A stretch of DNA of 19,643 nt, taken from Paramicrosporidium saccamoebae KSL3 (Eukaryota; Fungi; Cryptomycota). Within the stretch, counting starts at the first letter, position 1; each line of letters opens with the position of its first letter. Location: positions 45,283-64,925 of the forward strand of contig MTSL01000191.1 in assembly GCA_002794465.1 (NCBI GenBank), given 5' to 3'. The notes beneath the pieces are model-generated. The model was given only the letters and a program-made list of their open reading frames with translations, was not told the DNA's origin and did not search any database. Shown piece by piece: positions 16,570 to 19,643 of the stretch. A program made the translations under genes and the position numbers.

Positions 16570-19500
16570 ATGCTTCGGGTTCCGCGCCCCATGGCCTTTC
16601 TCTCACCGCGCTTAAGGCGCTTACGGTGCCTACGGCTCTTGCAAAGCTTCCGGAAGCATGCCTTATATAACACACAGGCCGAATTCGAATGGGACCGCGA
16701 CGGGACGATTAGGAGAACGGGGCCTGTGATGCAAGAGATACAGGCGAAAGAATTGGGAGCCATGGTCAGGTCGAGGCCTCTGGAAGAGTTGCTGCCGATG
16801 GCTACAACACTTGTAGCACAGGGCAAGATAGAATTGGCAGAGGCAGTGATCAAATGGATAAAGAAGTTGCATCTGCCCGAGTGGTATAAGCACCGGGACG
16901 CGAGCTGTGCAAACACGTTCATGTTGGCACATATCAGAAATAATAATCCGGATGGGATGCAGAATTGGAGAGAGTCGCTTTTTGAAAGATCGCATGCACA
17001 GCCCGACACCATTTCATACGGAATTTTGTTTGACTATTTCTTGGAAAAGGGAATGGAGGGAGAATGCCTGAAATTGGCACAGCAAATGCCGTTGGACTGT
17101 GTCACTATTGAGAAAATAGCAGAATCTGAATACTTGTCAGCCAAAAAGATGGAAAAATTGTGTGGTATTCTGAATATTCCAAAGGTGAAAGACGACAAAA
17201 TTTCTTTAGAATCCCTTGTTGACGACCTTGACATTGGGGTCAAAAGTCCATTGAGGAGTTTTGACAAGGATATTCCAGAGGTCAATGCGATTAAAAGCAA
17301 GTCTGATGGGATATCATTCTTGAAGGATTCGATCAAAATTCTTAGAGAAGACCCAAATGCAGATTTGTATCTTGTACAGGAGAGACTTGAACGCGACTGC
17401 TACACTGCCACAACGCAAAAGCTACGATCAGAGCTGGAGAATTATGTCAAGGCTACCAAGGCAACAATTTATTCCGTTAGTGCAAAGAAACTGATGAGTC
17501 AATGGCAGGTTTTGCTTTCCAAGCATATCCGTAGTTCCCTACTAAGCAGCGCAAATCTACACGAGACTGCCGCTAGGCCCATCAAAATCGGCTCTGGAAT
17601 CTTGTTTAGTTCCCTCCTCTCGGCCGTGGAGCCGGAAAAGATTGCGTTAATAAGTCTTCAAGAGCTAACGCGTTCCGCTTCCTATGATCTGGGGGTGGGT
17701 GGAATCCCGCTGGTAAGGTTGGCCATGTCGATTGCAAACTCGCTGGAACGAGAAGTATTTGCCCAACAGATTTGTAAAAAGAACTTTTTGGAACACACCA
17801 AACTATCTGCCAAACATTTGGAGAAAATTTTCCGAAACCGAGGACTCTTTGAGGTTACGATGCGTAAGCAGTACGCAGCACTGGAGAGAAATGTAGATGC
17901 ACTACGAGATGGTTGGATCCCCAGATGGACGCAAAAAGTAAAGTCAGAACTGGGAGTATACATAGTGTCCCTTGCTTTGGAGGCTCTGAAATTTACAGAA
18001 GCGTCGGGAGTCTCTGTACCTGCTTTTACCCACAAGGTGCAATACCAAAACGGACAATCTCTTGGCATAGTGGGGATTCATCCTGAGCTATTCAAGATGA
18101 TGGGTGCAGAGAGCGCATCTCCGTTTGTAGAGCCTTGGTCCATGCCAATGTTAGTGCCGCCAAAGCCGTGGATTACATACAATAGTGGAGGATATCTCAC
18201 CCAGAGGACGGCATGTGTGCGGTTTAAGGACGATCCGCTTCACCTGGCTCTCGTCCATCAAGCCGACAAGGACGGAAGACTGGAACGCATTCTCTGCGGC
18301 TTGGATGCATTAGGTCGGACATCGTGGAGGATAAACGAGGGGATTCTAAAGGTCGCCTTGGAGATGTGGAACTCGGGAGTGAACGTTTCCACTCTTGAGG
18401 AACCCTTTGTGGGTGGAATGTTAGAGTTCCGAAGCAAAGATTCATTCCCCAGCCACGAAGAATATGTAAAGTACGTGAGGGAAGCGACTGAGCGAAAGGA
18501 TATTATTAGTAAATCCCACTCGACCATGTGCGACACCAACTATAAGCTGGAGATTGCCCGTCAATTTGTGGGACTGTCCTTCTACCTGCCCCATTCGGTA
18601 GATTTCCGAGGTAGAGCGTATCCCATTCCTCCTCATCTCAGCCATGTTGGGTCTGATATGAGTCGCGGATTGATGGTATTTGCCGAGGGAAAGCCACTGG
18701 GCAAACGGGGGCTTCGATGGCTCAAAATCCAACTAGCAAACATGGCGGGCTTTGACAAGGCCTCTCTGGATGAACGAGAGGCCTACGCAAATGAGCATCT
18801 TGAGGACGTTTTCGACTCTGCTGATAGGCCGCTTACTGGAAGGCAATGGTGGAAAAGGGCTGATGAGCCTTGGCAATGTTTGGCCACTAGCATGGAGCTG
18901 ACAGCCGCACTACGATCGCCTGATCCTGAATTGTATGTATCGCATCTGCCGTGTCAACAGGATGGCTCATGTAATGGCCTGCAGCATTATGCAGCGCTTG
19001 GAGGCGATGTGGATGGAGCAAAGCAGGTAAACCTGTCGCCCTCTGATCGACCACAGGATGTATATGCTGCCGTCGCCAAGTTGGTGGCTGCACAAATTGA
19101 GACGGATGCCGTGGACCCCAAACACATTGCTGCCAAACTGGTGGGAAGGATTAACCGCAAGATTGTCAAACAGACAGTAATGACAAATGTGTATGGAGTC
19201 ACAATGTACGGAGCACGACAGCAGATTCAAGATCGACTGAAAGAGTTTAACGTAGTGGATCCCAAAGACTATAAGGAAGCACGGGTGTATCTGGCCAAGG
19301 CCGTGTTTACAAGTCTAGGAACGCTGTTTGACAATGCTCAACGGATCCAAACTTGGCTAACTGACACGGCGATGGAGATATCGAAGGCTGTGCCTCCTGA
19401 AGTTGCAGACCATTTCGGGATTGCCGTGGAACATGGAGTTGGCGGTGAGATTGTTGATCCGCCCCGACGGGGTCCGGGCTGGCAGATGCGAGAAGACCCG

Positions 19501-19643
19501 GCGGATCGATATCCGCAGACATCGGTCTATTGGACGACACCCCTTGGCTTCCAAGTACTGCAGCCATACAACAAATGTCGAAGTGTCACCCTGAAGACGG
19601 TCCTCCAGAACATTAATCTCCGCATCTCTTCCAAATTCGACCC
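16570..19643 (+). CDS. RPO41: Mitochondrial DNA-directed RNA polymerase (T7 phage type), 3'-partial, over 1024 codons
   Basis: Read by hand as one open frame from ATG 16570 (basic presequence MLRVPRPMAFLSPRLRRLR) to the window end. Motifs PMLVPPKPW..GGYL, DFRGRAYP, GLRWLKI, PWQCLA, QDGSCNGLQHYAALG and RKIVKQTVMTNVYGVT. It is absent from the ORF track because no stop lies in the window. Confidence 0.97.
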   Translation, partial: MLRVPRPMAFLSPRLRRLRCLRLLQSFRKHALYNTQAEFEWDRDGTIRRTGPVMQEIQAKELGAMVRSRPLEELLPMATTLVAQGKIELAEAVIKWIKKLHLPEWYKHRDASCANTFMLAHIRNNNPDGMQNWRESLFERSHAQPDTISYGILFDYFLEKGMEGECLKLAQQMPLDCVTIEKIAESEYLSAKKMEKLCGILNIPKVKDDKISLESLVDDLDIGVKSPLRSFDKDIPEVNAIKSKSDGISFLKDSIKILREDPNADLYLVQERLERDCYTATTQKLRSELENYVKATKATIYSVSAKKLMSQWQVLLSKHIRSSLLSSANLHETAARPIKIGSGILFSSLLSAVEPEKIALISLQELTRSASYDLGVGGIPLVRLAMSIANSLEREVFAQQICKKNFLEHTKLSAKHLEKIFRNRGLFEVTMRKQYAALERNVDALRDGWIPRWTQKVKSELGVYIVSLALEALKFTEASGVSVPAFTHKVQYQNGQSLGIVGIHPELFKMMGAESASPFVEPWSMPMLVPPKPWITYNSGGYLTQRTACVRFKDDPLHLALVHQADKDGRLERILCGLDALGRTSWRINEGILKVALEMWNSGVNVSTLEEPFVGGMLEFRSKDSFPSHEEYVKYVREATERKDIISKSHSTMCDTNYKLEIARQFVGLSFYLPHSVDFRGRAYPIPPHLSHVGSDMSRGLMVFAEGKPLGKRGLRWLKIQLANMAGFDKASLDEREAYANEHLEDVFDSADRPLTGRQWWKRADEPWQCLATSMELTAALRSPDPELYVSHLPCQQDGSCNGLQHYAALGGDVDGAKQVNLSPSDRPQDVYAAVAKLVAAQIETDAVDPKHIAAKLVGRINRKIVKQTVMTNVYGVTMYGARQQIQDRLKEFNVVDPKDYKEARVYLAKAVFTSLGTLFDNAQRIQTWLTDTAMEISKAVPPEVADHFGIAVEHGVGGEIVDPPRRGPGWQMREDPADRYPQTSVYWTTPLGFQVLQPYNKCRSVTLKTVLQNINLRISSKFD

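Noticed and set aside
16419-19594. Track ORFs within the RPO41 span (e.g. 16419-17012, 17034-17336, 17682-18068, 18258-18539)
   Set aside because: These are antisense or off-frame shadows of the uninterrupted RPO41 frame, with no recognisable motifs.
16570-19643. T7-like polymerase as evidence of a prophage or linear plasmid
   Set aside because: It has a mitochondrial presequence, a long eukaryotic N-terminal extension and nuclear housekeeping neighbours. This is the ordinary nuclear-encoded mitochondrial enzyme.

Overview
Gene-dense eukaryotic nuclear DNA with 13 probable protein-coding genes and no supportable RNA gene, transposon or CRISPR array. In order: aldo-keto reductase (+), inorganic pyrophosphatase (-), LKB1/STK11-like kinase (+), lipoyltransferase (-), RBM26/27-like PWI-RRM protein (+), Set1 H3K4 methyltransferase (+), a ~110-aa orphan ORF (+), an NTF2/SnoaL-like protein with a Jupiter/HN1-like PPGG repeat tail (-), a compact BRCA1-like RING+BRCT protein (-), PDAP1-like protein (-), a mitochondrial PPR protein (+), Tat-SF1/Cus2 (-), and mitochondrial T7-type RNA polymerase RPO41 (+). 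RPO41 runs off the right edge and is missing from the supplied ORF track. I reconstructed 12 spliceosomal introns by hand, all 29-37 nt, one of them GC-AG. Intergenic gaps are 9-510 bp, and several gene 3' flanks carry local tandem duplications. Compactness, tiny introns and animal-like genes absent from yeasts (BRCA1, LKB1) suggest an early-diverging fungal relative such as a Rozellomycota/Paramicrosporidium-like organism; this is inference and unverified. Most genes are housekeeping. The best leads are the NTF2-like/Jupiter fusion, the minimal BRCA1 and LKB1, the minimal-signal tiny introns, and the serial duplication of the PDAP1 3' end into the BRCA1 upstream region.
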